A stretch of 64,000 bases of DNA from Promethearchaeota archaeon (GTDB taxonomy: Archaea > Asgardarchaeota > Lokiarchaeia > Sigyniarchaeales > SOKP01). Both the position numbers and the translations under genes were made by a program. The stretch lies in NCBI GenBank assembly GCA_030599585.1, contig JAUVNS010000012.1, positions 1 through 64,000 of the forward strand, given 5' to 3'. The number at the start of each line of letters is the position of its first letter. Position 1 is the stretch's first letter. The notes below the pieces were generated by a model. That model was not told where the DNA came from. It saw only the letters and a program-made list of their open reading frames with translations, and made no database searches. Positions 18,417 to 27,773 of the stretch are shown one piece after another.

Positions 18417-19103
18417 TTGATCATGGAAAATCTACTTCTAAATCAGTTTAATACCATTATAACCGCTAAGTGGCCTTCTACGCAAATTGAGGAGAGCTAC
18501 GATAATTTGACACAACGAGAACTTTTTGAATTGGCGTATCATACTTGTAATTCTGTAGCAATGAGAAGCATTCTAATAAAACTATCCCGGTCTGAGAATA
18601 AAGGCAGTTTTCAAGCGGTGCTCTATTCTAATACCAAAAAATTTACAAATATCGAAGCTCTTGAGAACACCTTAAGAATTACCAAATATTTTCCCGAGGG
18701 AAGCACTGGAGATAAATTAACTACCGAAATACACCCAAAACTAAAATCGAGAAAAACCAAATTCGCTTCTAAAGATAGTGCAATGAAAACCGATCTCCTT
18801 AAAACAATATTAGTAGAGCGAAAACTGGACGAGTGTTCTAATTTCGTAGTTTTAAGAGACATTAACCAAAAAGTCTATTTCGCTATCGGCGATGCCAGGG
18901 AAAGTGCTGCTGTCGTACCAATGTTCATGGAAGCAGAAGGAGCAAGTTTGGTTCAGTTAGCTCTAAACAAATGGATGAGCACCGTTCAAACATTCGATCA
19001 AGAAAAACCCTTTCCAGATAACTCTGTTGCCGGGTTGCTCAAAAACTTAGTTCAAATCAAGAAGTGGCTCTTGAATTTAATTAGTACTAACTTAGATAAG
19101 TAG
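18417..19103 (+). CDS. Hypothetical protein
   Basis: 228-aa ORF, no recognised motif. Confidence 0.7.
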   Translation: MIMENLLLNQFNTIITAKWPSTQIEESYDNLTQRELFELAYHTCNSVAMRSILIKLSRSENKGSFQAVLYSNTKKFTNIEALENTLRITKYFPEGSTGDKLTTEIHPKLKSRKTKFASKDSAMKTDLLKTILVERKLDECSNFVVLRDINQKVYFAIGDARESAAVVPMFMEAEGASLVQLALNKWMSTVQTFDQEKPFPDNSVAGLLKNLVQIKKWLLNLISTNLDK

Positions 19104-19151
19104 CTGTATTCTTGGATATAAATTACATCTAATAATAAAAAGGAGATAAAA

Positions 19152-19301
19152 TGGGCCATCGGGGATTTGAACCCCGGCTCTCAGGCGTCTACTGACACGA
19201 TCAATTTTATATTTCTTGTCTGATCGTGGGTCACTTATAAGACCTGCGCTTGTTGGCCACGCTTGCTACAAACGGCGTTAACCAGGCTAAGCAAATGGCC
19301 C
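19152..19301 (-). tRNA. tRNA-Ile(UAU) with two introns (D arm 21/22 at 19252-19278; anticodon arm 38/39 at 19187-19234)
   Basis: Acceptor GGGCCAT/ATGGCCC with A73, D stem GCTT/AAGC, anticodon arm CAGGT-CTTATAA-GCCTG after splicing, T arm CGGGG-TTCAAAT-CCCCG; both inserts fold into BHB-like motifs. Confidence 0.85.
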
Positions 19302-19500
19302 AAAACTTCAATTAAGCAAATATCCTTTTCCAAATACATAATTCGGAAAAAACTGATATTTATATACTAGAATCCTTTTGCTTCAATTATAAAATCAAAA
19401 AGCACAAAAACATAAAAATTTTTTTATTGGTGTAATCTGTTATATTAATAATTAAAATCATAAAAAGAGAACTTTCAAAAAATACGTTAAAACGAAATAG

Positions 19501-19914
19501 GTGCACATAATGGCAGAAATGCTAACCGATTTATTAAATTCAATTTACACAAGAATAGCTCAACTTGGTCAAGCAATACAAGGATTGAAAACATCTTTAG
19601 ACGGGCTCAACCAAAACATTGAGCAGAAAATCTCCAATTTAAATGAAAAACTAAAAGAATTCTCTGGTGAAATAGAAACCACTAAAGGCAAGCATATTGA
19701 AGTTTTAAAAGACATTGGAGAAGGGACAAAACGAGAGTTGATAAAGATTCAGGAAGGATTAGGATTAGACTCGCTTGCAACATTAATATCAAATCTGGAA
19801 GAGTTTGAAAAATTATCCGGAGAAGTACTTAACCAAGATACCGTTAATTTGTTACTTTCCGAAGCAATTAGTTCAGTAAAAAAAATGAAAGAAGGAAACC
19901 AAACAAAAATATAA
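19501..19914 (+). CDS. Coiled-coil hypothetical protein
   Basis: Heptad-rich helical ORF; likely start ATG 19510. Confidence 0.75.
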   Translation: MHIMAEMLTDLLNSIYTRIAQLGQAIQGLKTSLDGLNQNIEQKISNLNEKLKEFSGEIETTKGKHIEVLKDIGEGTKRELIKIQEGLGLDSLATLISNLEEFEKLSGEVLNQDTVNLLLSEAISSVKKMKEGNQTKI

Positions 19915-19951
19915 AATAATACAGAGTAAATTTTTAAGAGTTGAGAATGGT

Positions 19952-20374
19952 ATGGCCGAAAAATTGTTGGACAACATGATTACTAAAATTAATCAAATTA
20001 CAACGTCGCTTGACGGAACTATTGCTCAAATCACCCAAATGAGCACTGCGATTCAAAATATGTCGCAGCGATTTTCTGAGGAAACGATTTCTGTTAACGA
20101 AAACATCAGACTTATAGTAGAAGTCCTAAAACAATTTCGTATGAAGTCAAGTGAGAACCTACAAGAAATTTCAGACGATTTTAATACGAAAATAAAAGAA
20201 CTGTACGAAAAAAAATCTATTGAACTTATAACTGAGGAGGAAAAGAAAGCTATTGAAATGATAAAACAAGCTTCTAAAGCCGTTTCTAATAACCTCTATT
20301 ATGCTCAATTATTAAACATAATTCAGTCCATAAGAGAAGAGACTAATAGGATTATCAGTAGTAGAGACCAGTAA
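19952..20374 (+). CDS. Coiled-coil hypothetical protein, probable paralog of the upstream gene
   Basis: Similar size and N-terminus (MAEKLLDNM..KINQI vs MAEMLTDLL..RIAQL). Confidence 0.75.
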   Translation: MAEKLLDNMITKINQITTSLDGTIAQITQMSTAIQNMSQRFSEETISVNENIRLIVEVLKQFRMKSSENLQEISDDFNTKIKELYEKKSIELITEEEKKAIEMIKQASKAVSNNLYYAQLLNIIQSIREETNRIISSRDQ

Positions 20375-20440
20375 ATTTTTAATTTTTATGATTTCGTTTG
20401 ATTTATATTATTATTAAATAATTCAAAGAGTTGATTAATT

Positions 20441-21343
20441 GTGCCGATGGGTAGTTTTGTGGTATTACTTCCTTTAGATGCCGATTACAAGATATTAGGT
20501 TATTATAATAAGGAGGGGAAATCTGAATTTGAAATCACAAATGATTTGTTTCTTAGACTTAATTTAGATCACTCAAAAAATGAATTTACATTATTAAAAC
20601 TAAAAGAATATAGACTCTTTTCATATATATACAATTTCAAAGGAAAATTAGCACGAAAAGCTTCAGGAGTCATCATTGGATTATTATTTAATGAAACTGA
20701 CAAACCAGAAAAGTTTCGTTCTGCTTTAAAAGAAGGAGCTGAGGCGGTTGAAGTTTTAGGATTAAAAGTTTTAACCATGAATCCCGAACAATTTGAACCG
20801 TTATTGAAAGATATCTATTTAGCGCATTTAGAGCCATTAGTTGATATCCTCAAACCTGAAGCTTTAAAAGCTAGCATCATTGCAGTCACGAAATTGATGT
20901 TAAGTGGGGGAAAACAAGAAAGAAAAATAGCCCAAGATTTATTGAAAAAAGTAGAAGAAGGAGAACACAGCAAAATCACAGAAAACTTTAATAATGCGAA
21001 TAACGCCTTGAAAACATTAGAATACGAGAAAGCATCAAAATTATTTAAGAGGGCTGCTGAAATTGCTAAAGAATTATATATTATCGATATTGCAGAATCG
21101 CTAAGAGAGAAGGCTAATTTTTCAGGAGACGTCCCAAGTATGGCAAAAGCAAGAGATAAATTAGTGCGTGAGGCGAGAAATTTCCTAAAAGGAGAAGATT
21201 TTCATTCAGCGTACATATCTTACAAGAAAGCTAGCGACTTATCTAAAAAACTCGTCGATTTTAGTAAAGAAGAAGAATACAGGTTAAAATCGAAAGCGCT
21301 TGAAGAATTCTCTAAAGTTGATGAAAGATATAAGAAAAAATAA
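20441..21343 (+). CDS. Hypothetical protein with C-terminal helical (TPR/MIT-like) repeats
   Basis: YEKASKLFKRAAEIAKEL and FHSAYISYKKASDLSKKL repeats. Confidence 0.65.
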   Translation: MPMGSFVVLLPLDADYKILGYYNKEGKSEFEITNDLFLRLNLDHSKNEFTLLKLKEYRLFSYIYNFKGKLARKASGVIIGLLFNETDKPEKFRSALKEGAEAVEVLGLKVLTMNPEQFEPLLKDIYLAHLEPLVDILKPEALKASIIAVTKLMLSGGKQERKIAQDLLKKVEEGEHSKITENFNNANNALKTLEYEKASKLFKRAAEIAKELYIIDIAESLREKANFSGDVPSMAKARDKLVREARNFLKGEDFHSAYISYKKASDLSKKLVDFSKEEEYRLKSKALEEFSKVDERYKKK

Positions 21344-21415
21344 TTCTAACCCATTAAAACAAAGATATTTATTTTAAAACGATTTTTAAACACTTTTTAA
21401 TAAAGCATCAACAAA

Positions 21416-22225
21416 ATGGATAAAATAGATAACCAAGTTATCGGTTTGATTACTGATTTTGGAGCTAGGGGGCAGCACTATGTAGCAAGCATGAAGGGGA
21501 TTGTACTAAACATTAATCCTAAAGCGAATATTATTGATATCGCTCATAACATAACTCCTTTCTCAATTATAGAAGCTGCTTATGTTATCAAATCTACTTA
21601 TTCGCTATACCCCAAAAATACAATATTTATTATTGTAGTAGACCCAGGAGTAGGTAGTAGCCGAGAGATTATTTTAATAAGAACTAAATCGGGATATTTT
21701 TTTATCGGACCAAATAATGGGATTTTTACAAATGTATTTGACTCTAGCGAAATTTCGAAATGTATTCATATTAAAAACGAACAATATTTTAACATCCCCG
21801 TCTCAAAAACATTCCACGGAAGAGATATTATGGCTCCTGTTGGAGCTTATTTATCCAAAGGTGTTAACATTGATAAATTTGGTTCAAAATTCCCTGTTAC
21901 CAAACTAATTGACTACCCAATCGAGCTCAAAAAAATTTCAGATAATGAGATTAAATGCACAGTTCAATATATTGATGAATTTGGTAATATAATTACAAAC
22001 ATAAAAGAAAATTATGTTATTTTTAATGAAGGTACAGAAATTGCAATTAGAACGAGAGAACAAAAAATAAGGGGAAAATTTGTGACATTTTTCAAAGAAG
22101 TTTTTGTTAATTCACCCTTATTTATTGTCGGATCGAGCGGATTCCTTGAAATATCAAAAAATCAGGGCAATGCTGCAAGCGACTTAGGGTTGAAGGTTGG
22201 AGATATTATAACAATTGAGCTATAG
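21416..22225 (+). CDS. SAM hydroxide adenosyltransferase (DUF62, chlorinase/fluorinase family)
   Basis: LITDFG, VVDPGVGS, GPNNG, TFHGRDIMAP. Confidence 0.92.
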   Translation: MDKIDNQVIGLITDFGARGQHYVASMKGIVLNINPKANIIDIAHNITPFSIIEAAYVIKSTYSLYPKNTIFIIVVDPGVGSSREIILIRTKSGYFFIGPNNGIFTNVFDSSEISKCIHIKNEQYFNIPVSKTFHGRDIMAPVGAYLSKGVNIDKFGSKFPVTKLIDYPIELKKISDNEIKCTVQYIDEFGNIITNIKENYVIFNEGTEIAIRTREQKIRGKFVTFFKEVFVNSPLFIVGSSGFLEISKNQGNAASDLGLKVGDIITIEL

Positions 22226-22236
22226 GAGGTAAAGAT

Positions 22237-23388
22237 ATGGATGAAGAAGTAATAGCTTGCATTTCTGATGAGAACATAAAATTTTTACATTCAGGGCAAA
22301 TAGAAAAATATGTATTTCCTATGCGTAGAGGGGAAGCTCATAAAAAAGGAGTGAGCCATCTTGTAATTCGCTTATTTGTATTCACTATAACTCCTAATAA
22401 CCAATTTTATTATCTAGTTCAAAAACGTAATAAAATGAAAAAAAGCCTTCCTGAATACTATACAGACTCTGCTTCGGGGCATGTTTTATATAAAAAAAAT
22501 CTAAATTTATATGATATACAAGAGGAAGCAAAAAGAGAATTAACAGAAGAATTTGGCATACTCCCAAAACTCCTTGAAAAATTAATATTTTACGATTTAT
22601 TTTCAGAGGAGGATAATGGGACAACTGAAATTGCTTACGTTTTCTTAGGATTAGTTAATCACAGTGTAGAATTGAAACCTAATCCCGATGAATTAGAAGT
22701 TGGCAGTAGTCGTTTTTATACTAAATCTGAATTATCAGCAATATTAAAGAATGAAAAATCAGAAAATTATTCTAAAGTAATTTGGAATAAATTATTTTTG
22801 GTGGACTTAGAAGAAATTCTAAGGCTTAATCTTAGTAAAAATAAGAAAATTTCATCAAAAAAAGAGATAGCTTTATTCCTTGGGAGATTTCAACCACTCC
22901 ATCACGGTCATATTTACATGCTTAACAAGATTTTAAAAACATATAACATCATTAAAATTGGTGTAGGAAGTTCTCAGATTTCTAAATCAAAACTCAATCC
23001 TTTTACATATGAGGAGAGAGTCAATTTTATAACCTTAGCGTTAAACAAAAGAGGTATACCCTCACAAAGGTTTAGGGTATATCCCATTCCCGATATTTTC
23101 AATGCAAGTAAGTGGGTAAATCATGTTATTTCTATTGTTGGAAGCTTTGATACTATTTTTTCTAATAGCGATTGGGTTCGTCAACTTTTTCAGATTGAAG
23201 GATATATTGTAGGTGAAAAAATAGGAATTTTTAAGAAGAAATATAACGCATCAAATGTAAGAAAATTAATTAGCAAGGATAACAAGAACTGGACGACTTT
23301 AGTTCCAAAAGAGGTAGTGAATTTAATAAGAGATTACAACGGAATTGAACGTATCAGAATCTTATTTAATAAAGTGGATGTAGTTTGA
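22237..23388 (+). CDS. Nudix (IDI-like) plus nicotinamide-nucleotide adenylyltransferase fusion
   Basis: N-terminal SASGHV..EAKRELTEEFGI; C-terminal GRFQPLHHGH, NPFTYEER. Confidence 0.85.
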   Translation: MDEEVIACISDENIKFLHSGQIEKYVFPMRRGEAHKKGVSHLVIRLFVFTITPNNQFYYLVQKRNKMKKSLPEYYTDSASGHVLYKKNLNLYDIQEEAKRELTEEFGILPKLLEKLIFYDLFSEEDNGTTEIAYVFLGLVNHSVELKPNPDELEVGSSRFYTKSELSAILKNEKSENYSKVIWNKLFLVDLEEILRLNLSKNKKISSKKEIALFLGRFQPLHHGHIYMLNKILKTYNIIKIGVGSSQISKSKLNPFTYEERVNFITLALNKRGIPSQRFRVYPIPDIFNASKWVNHVISIVGSFDTIFSNSDWVRQLFQIEGYIVGEKIGIFKKKYNASNVRKLISKDNKNWTTLVPKEVVNLIRDYNGIERIRILFNKVDVV

Positions 23389-24455
23389 ATAACAAGAACT
23401 ATTTAAAGATCGACGGTTCTCTGGGAGAAGGAGGTGGAGCAATTTTACGCCTTAGCGCTGCTTATTCGATTTTATTTAAAAAACCTATAGCAATAAAAAA
23501 TATCCGGGCTAATAGACCAAATCCTGGCTTAAGGCTACAACATCTTCTTGGATTAAAATCATTATCAGATCTATCAAATAGTACATTAAGTTCTTGTAAT
23601 ATTGGAACTCGAGAATTAACGCTAATACCTAATCTTAAAAACGAAGTAAAGAGTAACCTTAGCTTAAAGGTAAATACTGCAGCGAGTATTGGTTTGTTAT
23701 TACAACCCATTCAAATTGCATGTTTAGGGTTCAAAAAACCAGAAAAAATTGAGATAAAAATTAGAGGTGGTGGCACGTTTGGCAAATGGGCACCCTGTTT
23801 AAATTATCTTACCGCAGTTACCTATAAAATTTTTGAAGCTTCAGGATTAAAAATTAAGATTGACATCCATAAGCACGGATTCTATCCAAAAGGAGGAGCG
23901 CAAATAGATTGTCATATTTATCCCCCCCCAAAAACCTTGAATCCAATAAATATAACAGAATTGGGTAATGTAGAAAGAATCCATGGGGATATAATAATAA
24001 CAAATCAATTAAGGAGGAATCGAGACAATATTGGAACTAGAATTAGAAAAATTATTCAACAGAAGCTAAAAAGAGACTTAAATATTGAAACTGACATTAA
24101 ATTTACATGGGTAGATTCAATTAGTCCGGGTGTGGGAGTGTTTTTATGGGCTCAATCAGACACAGGGGCAATAATTTCATCAGGAACGATATTAGGAGAT
24201 AAAAAAACTTCCTCCGAGAAACTAGGTAATATAACAGCTCAAAAAATAATCTCTTACATACAAAATGAAATTCCTATAGATAATTACCTAAGCGATCAAT
24301 TAATTCCGTTAATGGCGTACATAGAAGAAAAATCATGCATAAAAGTATCAGAAATAACTAATCATACGAGAACGAATTTAGAGTTATCTAAACGATTTAC
24401 TAAAAAAGATTATAAAATTGTTAAGTCTAACAACTTCTATAAAATTCATTTTTAA
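23385..24455 (+). CDS. rtcA: RNA 3'-terminal phosphate cyclase
   Basis: IDGSLGEGGGAILR, RPNPGL..QHL, GFYPKGG, YLSDQL, catalytic His in NHTRTN. Confidence 0.95.
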   Translation: MNNKNYLKIDGSLGEGGGAILRLSAAYSILFKKPIAIKNIRANRPNPGLRLQHLLGLKSLSDLSNSTLSSCNIGTRELTLIPNLKNEVKSNLSLKVNTAASIGLLLQPIQIACLGFKKPEKIEIKIRGGGTFGKWAPCLNYLTAVTYKIFEASGLKIKIDIHKHGFYPKGGAQIDCHIYPPPKTLNPINITELGNVERIHGDIIITNQLRRNRDNIGTRIRKIIQQKLKRDLNIETDIKFTWVDSISPGVGVFLWAQSDTGAIISSGTILGDKKTSSEKLGNITAQKIISYIQNEIPIDNYLSDQLIPLMAYIEEKSCIKVSEITNHTRTNLELSKRFTKKDYKIVKSNNFYKIHF

Positions 24456-24616
24456 AAACAACTTTATACAAAATGAATTGATTACATCATCAAATCGAAA
24501 AGTGTTCGAATTTAATTTAAAAATACCTTTAAATTCAAAAAAACCCTTTAGTGAAGAAATATTTAAATGATGATAATTATATGATTAGTATAAAAATTTA
24601 GAAGTGCTAAAAAACC

Positions 24617-25516
24617 ATGCCTCGCTGTCCTAGATGCGGTAACGATAACAGAATGGACTCGTACGTTTGCGCTTTCTGTGGTCGACGGCTAAGAATCGAA
24701 AGAATAGAAAACTTTTCTATTTTTAAGCGTATTGAAGAGGATTTCACTTCTCCTGCTCGCTGGTACGTTACAATACTGTGGCTGTTTACTAAACCAAATA
24801 GAGCTTTTTGGAATATTAACCACAAAAGGAAAGAAGCGCCGGGCCTAAAAATTCTGTTGTTCAATGCGTTGCTTTACGGATTAATGGGTTTAGCTTTTTT
24901 TTCGCATATTAATATCACATCAATCCCACCCTTAACATTAGGAAGGTTTTTTATTGATTTGGCGGCTTTCATGGCGTTTTTTGCATTTGGATTTTTGTAT
25001 TATTTAATATTTGCATCAATTCTTATTTGGATTTTTTCCAAAGGCGCAAATATTGCCGTAGATTTTTCAGAACGATTAGAAGCTCGTTTTGGAGATAAGG
25101 ACGATGAAACCGAGAAATACAGCGAGGCCGAAATGAGCCCTTTTAGCATCTATAAAGGAGGAACATTGCATCAACAACAAGCCTCAAAATTCAATATGAT
25201 GTTAACCGCGTTCGCACCATATTTATTGATAAACGCAATTGAAATTCTTATAATTCTGATTGGATTACCTACCATCGATATACCAAGTGTATTCTCTTTT
25301 GAAACTTTAAACGCTCCGTTGTTTGCTTCACCGGTGTGGACTGTTCTTCACCTAATTGAAGCGTTAACAATTGCTATTTGGGTTCCCATTCTAATTTCTC
25401 TTTCTATTAGGGAATTGTCCAACTCATCTACATTCAGAGTGTTAATATCATCACTAATAATAGGGGTAATTGTTGCCGTACTCTTTTATTTCTTACGCCC
25501 TACATTTATTTTTTAG
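24617..25516 (+). CDS. Zinc-ribbon plus Yip1-like multi-TM protein
   Basis: CPRC..CAFC; LFTKPNRAFWNI followed by about 5 TM helices. Confidence 0.7.
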   Translation: MPRCPRCGNDNRMDSYVCAFCGRRLRIERIENFSIFKRIEEDFTSPARWYVTILWLFTKPNRAFWNINHKRKEAPGLKILLFNALLYGLMGLAFFSHINITSIPPLTLGRFFIDLAAFMAFFAFGFLYYLIFASILIWIFSKGANIAVDFSERLEARFGDKDDETEKYSEAEMSPFSIYKGGTLHQQQASKFNMMLTAFAPYLLINAIEILIILIGLPTIDIPSVFSFETLNAPLFASPVWTVLHLIEALTIAIWVPILISLSIRELSNSSTFRVLISSLIIGVIVAVLFYFLRPTFIF

Positions 25517-25537
25517 TTCAAGATAGAAAGGATCTGG

Positions 25538-26170
25538 ATGATGAAAAATCACAAAAAAAATGATTTAGAGACAAATTCTAAATTAGAATCCGAAATATAT
25601 GCTGTAATTAAAACAATATTAAATTTAGCTCAAAAATACCAAAGTGGGAGTTTAAAAGATAGTTTCTTTCAGAAATCAATTAAAAATGCTATGAGCAATT
25701 TACTTACAATTAATATCTCATTAAGCAAACATAATTTAATCCTTTCAGAAATGTTGGAGAACATGAATTACGCAGACGAATACTATCAAGCAATTGATAT
25801 CATTAATAAAATATCCCCGCTTGAATTTCCTGCTGAAAAATACTCGAAATCGGTGAGTTCCTCATTTCTCGAAATCCCTAAACTCACTTCTGAAATAACT
25901 TCTTCGTTTATAACGCTTATGGACGCATTAAAATTGAGCGATTTTCACGACGAAGACTTAATCTTTGGTCTTTTTACTGACTTGAAAAATCAATTTGACA
26001 AGTTTCCTGGTTTAGAATTAAGCAAAGTAAAGCTTCAAAAAGTACATCAAGAATACAAGAATAATCATCGAAGAATTAACACAAATAAGAACTATAGAGA
26101 TTTAATCGCAGACGAATTATACGCATTGTTTAACGATTTCAAAAGAAAGTTGAATCTGGAGCTTAAATAA
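25538..26170 (+). CDS. Vps28-like ESCRT-I subunit
   Basis: SEIYAVIKTILNL..Y and TSEITSSFITLMDALKL match the two Vps28 signature segments. Confidence 0.8.
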   Translation: MMKNHKKNDLETNSKLESEIYAVIKTILNLAQKYQSGSLKDSFFQKSIKNAMSNLLTINISLSKHNLILSEMLENMNYADEYYQAIDIINKISPLEFPAEKYSKSVSSSFLEIPKLTSEITSSFITLMDALKLSDFHDEDLIFGLFTDLKNQFDKFPGLELSKVKLQKVHQEYKNNHRRINTNKNYRDLIADELYALFNDFKRKLNLELK

Positions 26171-26255
26171 AAATGAAAAAATTAATTAACTTTTCATGCT
26201 TTAACAGTATAGAAATTAAAGTTTCGAATTTAAGTAATTAACACAATAAAGGTAA

Positions 26256-26540
26256 TTGTTTGCAATGCCAAGACCAGGTCTAAGATCGAAAGCTCAGCAC
26301 CGAAAAAAATTAAAAACTCCAGGAAATGTTAATGTTACTCATTATTGGAGAAAAAACCCCAGTAAAGCGGTGTGTGCTATCTGTAAAAAACCACTTCAAG
26401 CCATACCAAGATTAAGACCCGCCAAAATGACAAAAACAAATCGCGTGTCAAGAAGGGCAAATCGACCCGAGAGTGGAAGGTATTGTGCTAATTGTTTACA
26501 AACTCTTCTCAAAGAAGCAGTTTGGCAACCTTCAGAATGA
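26256..26540 (+). CDS. rpl34e: 50S ribosomal protein eL34
   Basis: KTPG, CAICKKPL, RPESGRYCANC; likely start ATG 26265. Confidence 0.93.
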   Translation: MFAMPRPGLRSKAQHRKKLKTPGNVNVTHYWRKNPSKAVCAICKKPLQAIPRLRPAKMTKTNRVSRRANRPESGRYCANCLQTLLKEAVWQPSE

Positions 26541-26625
26541 TTCACTCTGGAAATTTCATTAATATTAAATATTTTCTAGTTATTATTTCATATAATTACC
26601 TCAATCAGTTTTGTGATTAAGAAAA

Positions 26626-27174
26626 ATGATAATTGCTCTATCTGGATTACATGGAACTGGTAAATCTACAATTGCCAAATTGTTAGCAGAAAACCTTGGT
26701 ATACTCTATTATTCAACAGGCAAGGTGTTTCGTGATTTAGCAGAAGAAAATAGTATGACATTGGAAGAGTATACTAACTATGTCGAGAAGAATCCAGAGA
26801 TCGATAAAAGCTTAGATAAAAAAGTAGTGGACATGGCAAAAAAGGGTAGTATTATTATCGATAGTCAATTAAGTGGACATTTGCTAAAATCCATTGCTGA
26901 TTTCAAGATACACTTAACGTGCCCTCTGAAAATTCGAGTAAAAAGAATGGCAGAAAGAGATCAAAGCTCCTACGATGCAAAATTAAAGGAAACGACTTTA
27001 AGGGAAGAATCTGAACTAAAACGTTTTAATAAACTTTATAACATTGATTTAGGTGATAACGACTTTATTCAAAATTTCTTCGATTTAATTATTGACACTG
27101 AAAGGTTGTCAATTGAAGAAGTGCTACAAATAATTTTAAAAGAGTTAGAAAAAATAAAACAAAACGATTTCTAA
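26626..27174 (+). CDS. cmk: Cytidylate kinase (archaeal type)
   Basis: IALSGLHGTGKST; between eL34 and eL14. Confidence 0.92.
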   Translation: MIIALSGLHGTGKSTIAKLLAENLGILYYSTGKVFRDLAEENSMTLEEYTNYVEKNPEIDKSLDKKVVDMAKKGSIIIDSQLSGHLLKSIADFKIHLTCPLKIRVKRMAERDQSSYDAKLKETTLREESELKRFNKLYNIDLGDNDFIQNFFDLIIDTERLSIEEVLQIILKELEKIKQNDF

Positions 27175-27298
27175 CAAAAATCGTAAAAAATTTATTATTA
27201 AAATTATTTCTAAATTTACTAAAAATAGTACATTTTTTCTGAATTCTTTGGTTTTCAGAAAAGATAAAGCTAATAAAATTAATTTGGTGACGAATTAA

Positions 27299-27571
27299 AT
27301 GAGTGTATATGATATAGGACGCGTTTGCGTTAAAACGACAGGAAGGGAAGCTGGAAGATATTGTGTTGTGGTTGATATTATCGATAAAAATTATGTGATA
27401 ATTGATGGATTGAATGTTCGGAGACGACGAACTAATTACAAGCATCTCGAACCCATATCCGAAACGATCGATATAAAAAAAGGAGCCTCGCATGACAAGA
27501 TAGAGGAAGCTATTAAAAAAGCTAAACTCGAGAAGAAGTTAAAGGAAACAGTTTCTATCCCTATAAAATAA
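27299..27571 (+). CDS. rpl14e: 50S ribosomal protein eL14
   Basis: IGRVCVKTTGREAGRYCVVVDIID. Confidence 0.96.
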   Translation: MSVYDIGRVCVKTTGREAGRYCVVVDIIDKNYVIIDGLNVRRRRTNYKHLEPISETIDIKKGASHDKIEEAIKKAKLEKKLKETVSIPIK

Positions 27572-27611
27572 AAATCAATTTATAAACAAAATAAGTATAG
27601 TAGCATAAGTG

Positions 27612-27646
27612 AACGCCGCTAAAAAGCGTCGTTATCTTTTTTTTTT
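27612..27646 (+). terminator. Hairpin plus T10 tract after rpl14e (terminator or processing signal)
   Basis: AACG-C-CGCT-AAAA-AGCG-T-CGTT followed by ATC and a run of T immediately before tRNA-Ser. Confidence 0.45.
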
Positions 27647-27746
27647 GCAGATATAGCCAAGCGGTACGGCGCTGGTCTGGAATGGTAATCTTAACCAGTA
27701 AACCAGTGTGTGAAAACACTCGAGGGTTCGAATCCCTCTATCTGCG
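27647..27746 (+). tRNA. tRNA-Ser(GGA) with an 18-nt canonical 37/38 intron (27683-27700)
   Basis: GCAGATA/TATCTGC acceptor with G73, CTGGT-CTGGAA^A-ACCAG, long variable arm, GAGGG-TTCGAAT-CCCTC; CTGG/CCAG splice helix. Confidence 0.95.
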
Positions 27747-27773
27747 TTTTAATTTTACTTGATTGAAGGCTAA

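Noticed and set aside
19187-19240. Alternative splicing giving tRNA-Tyr(GUA) or tRNA-Leu(UAG)
   Set aside because: GUA gives an 8-nt loop. UAG lacks the long variable arm and G37. The UAU-AA loop fits the BHB and Ile identity.
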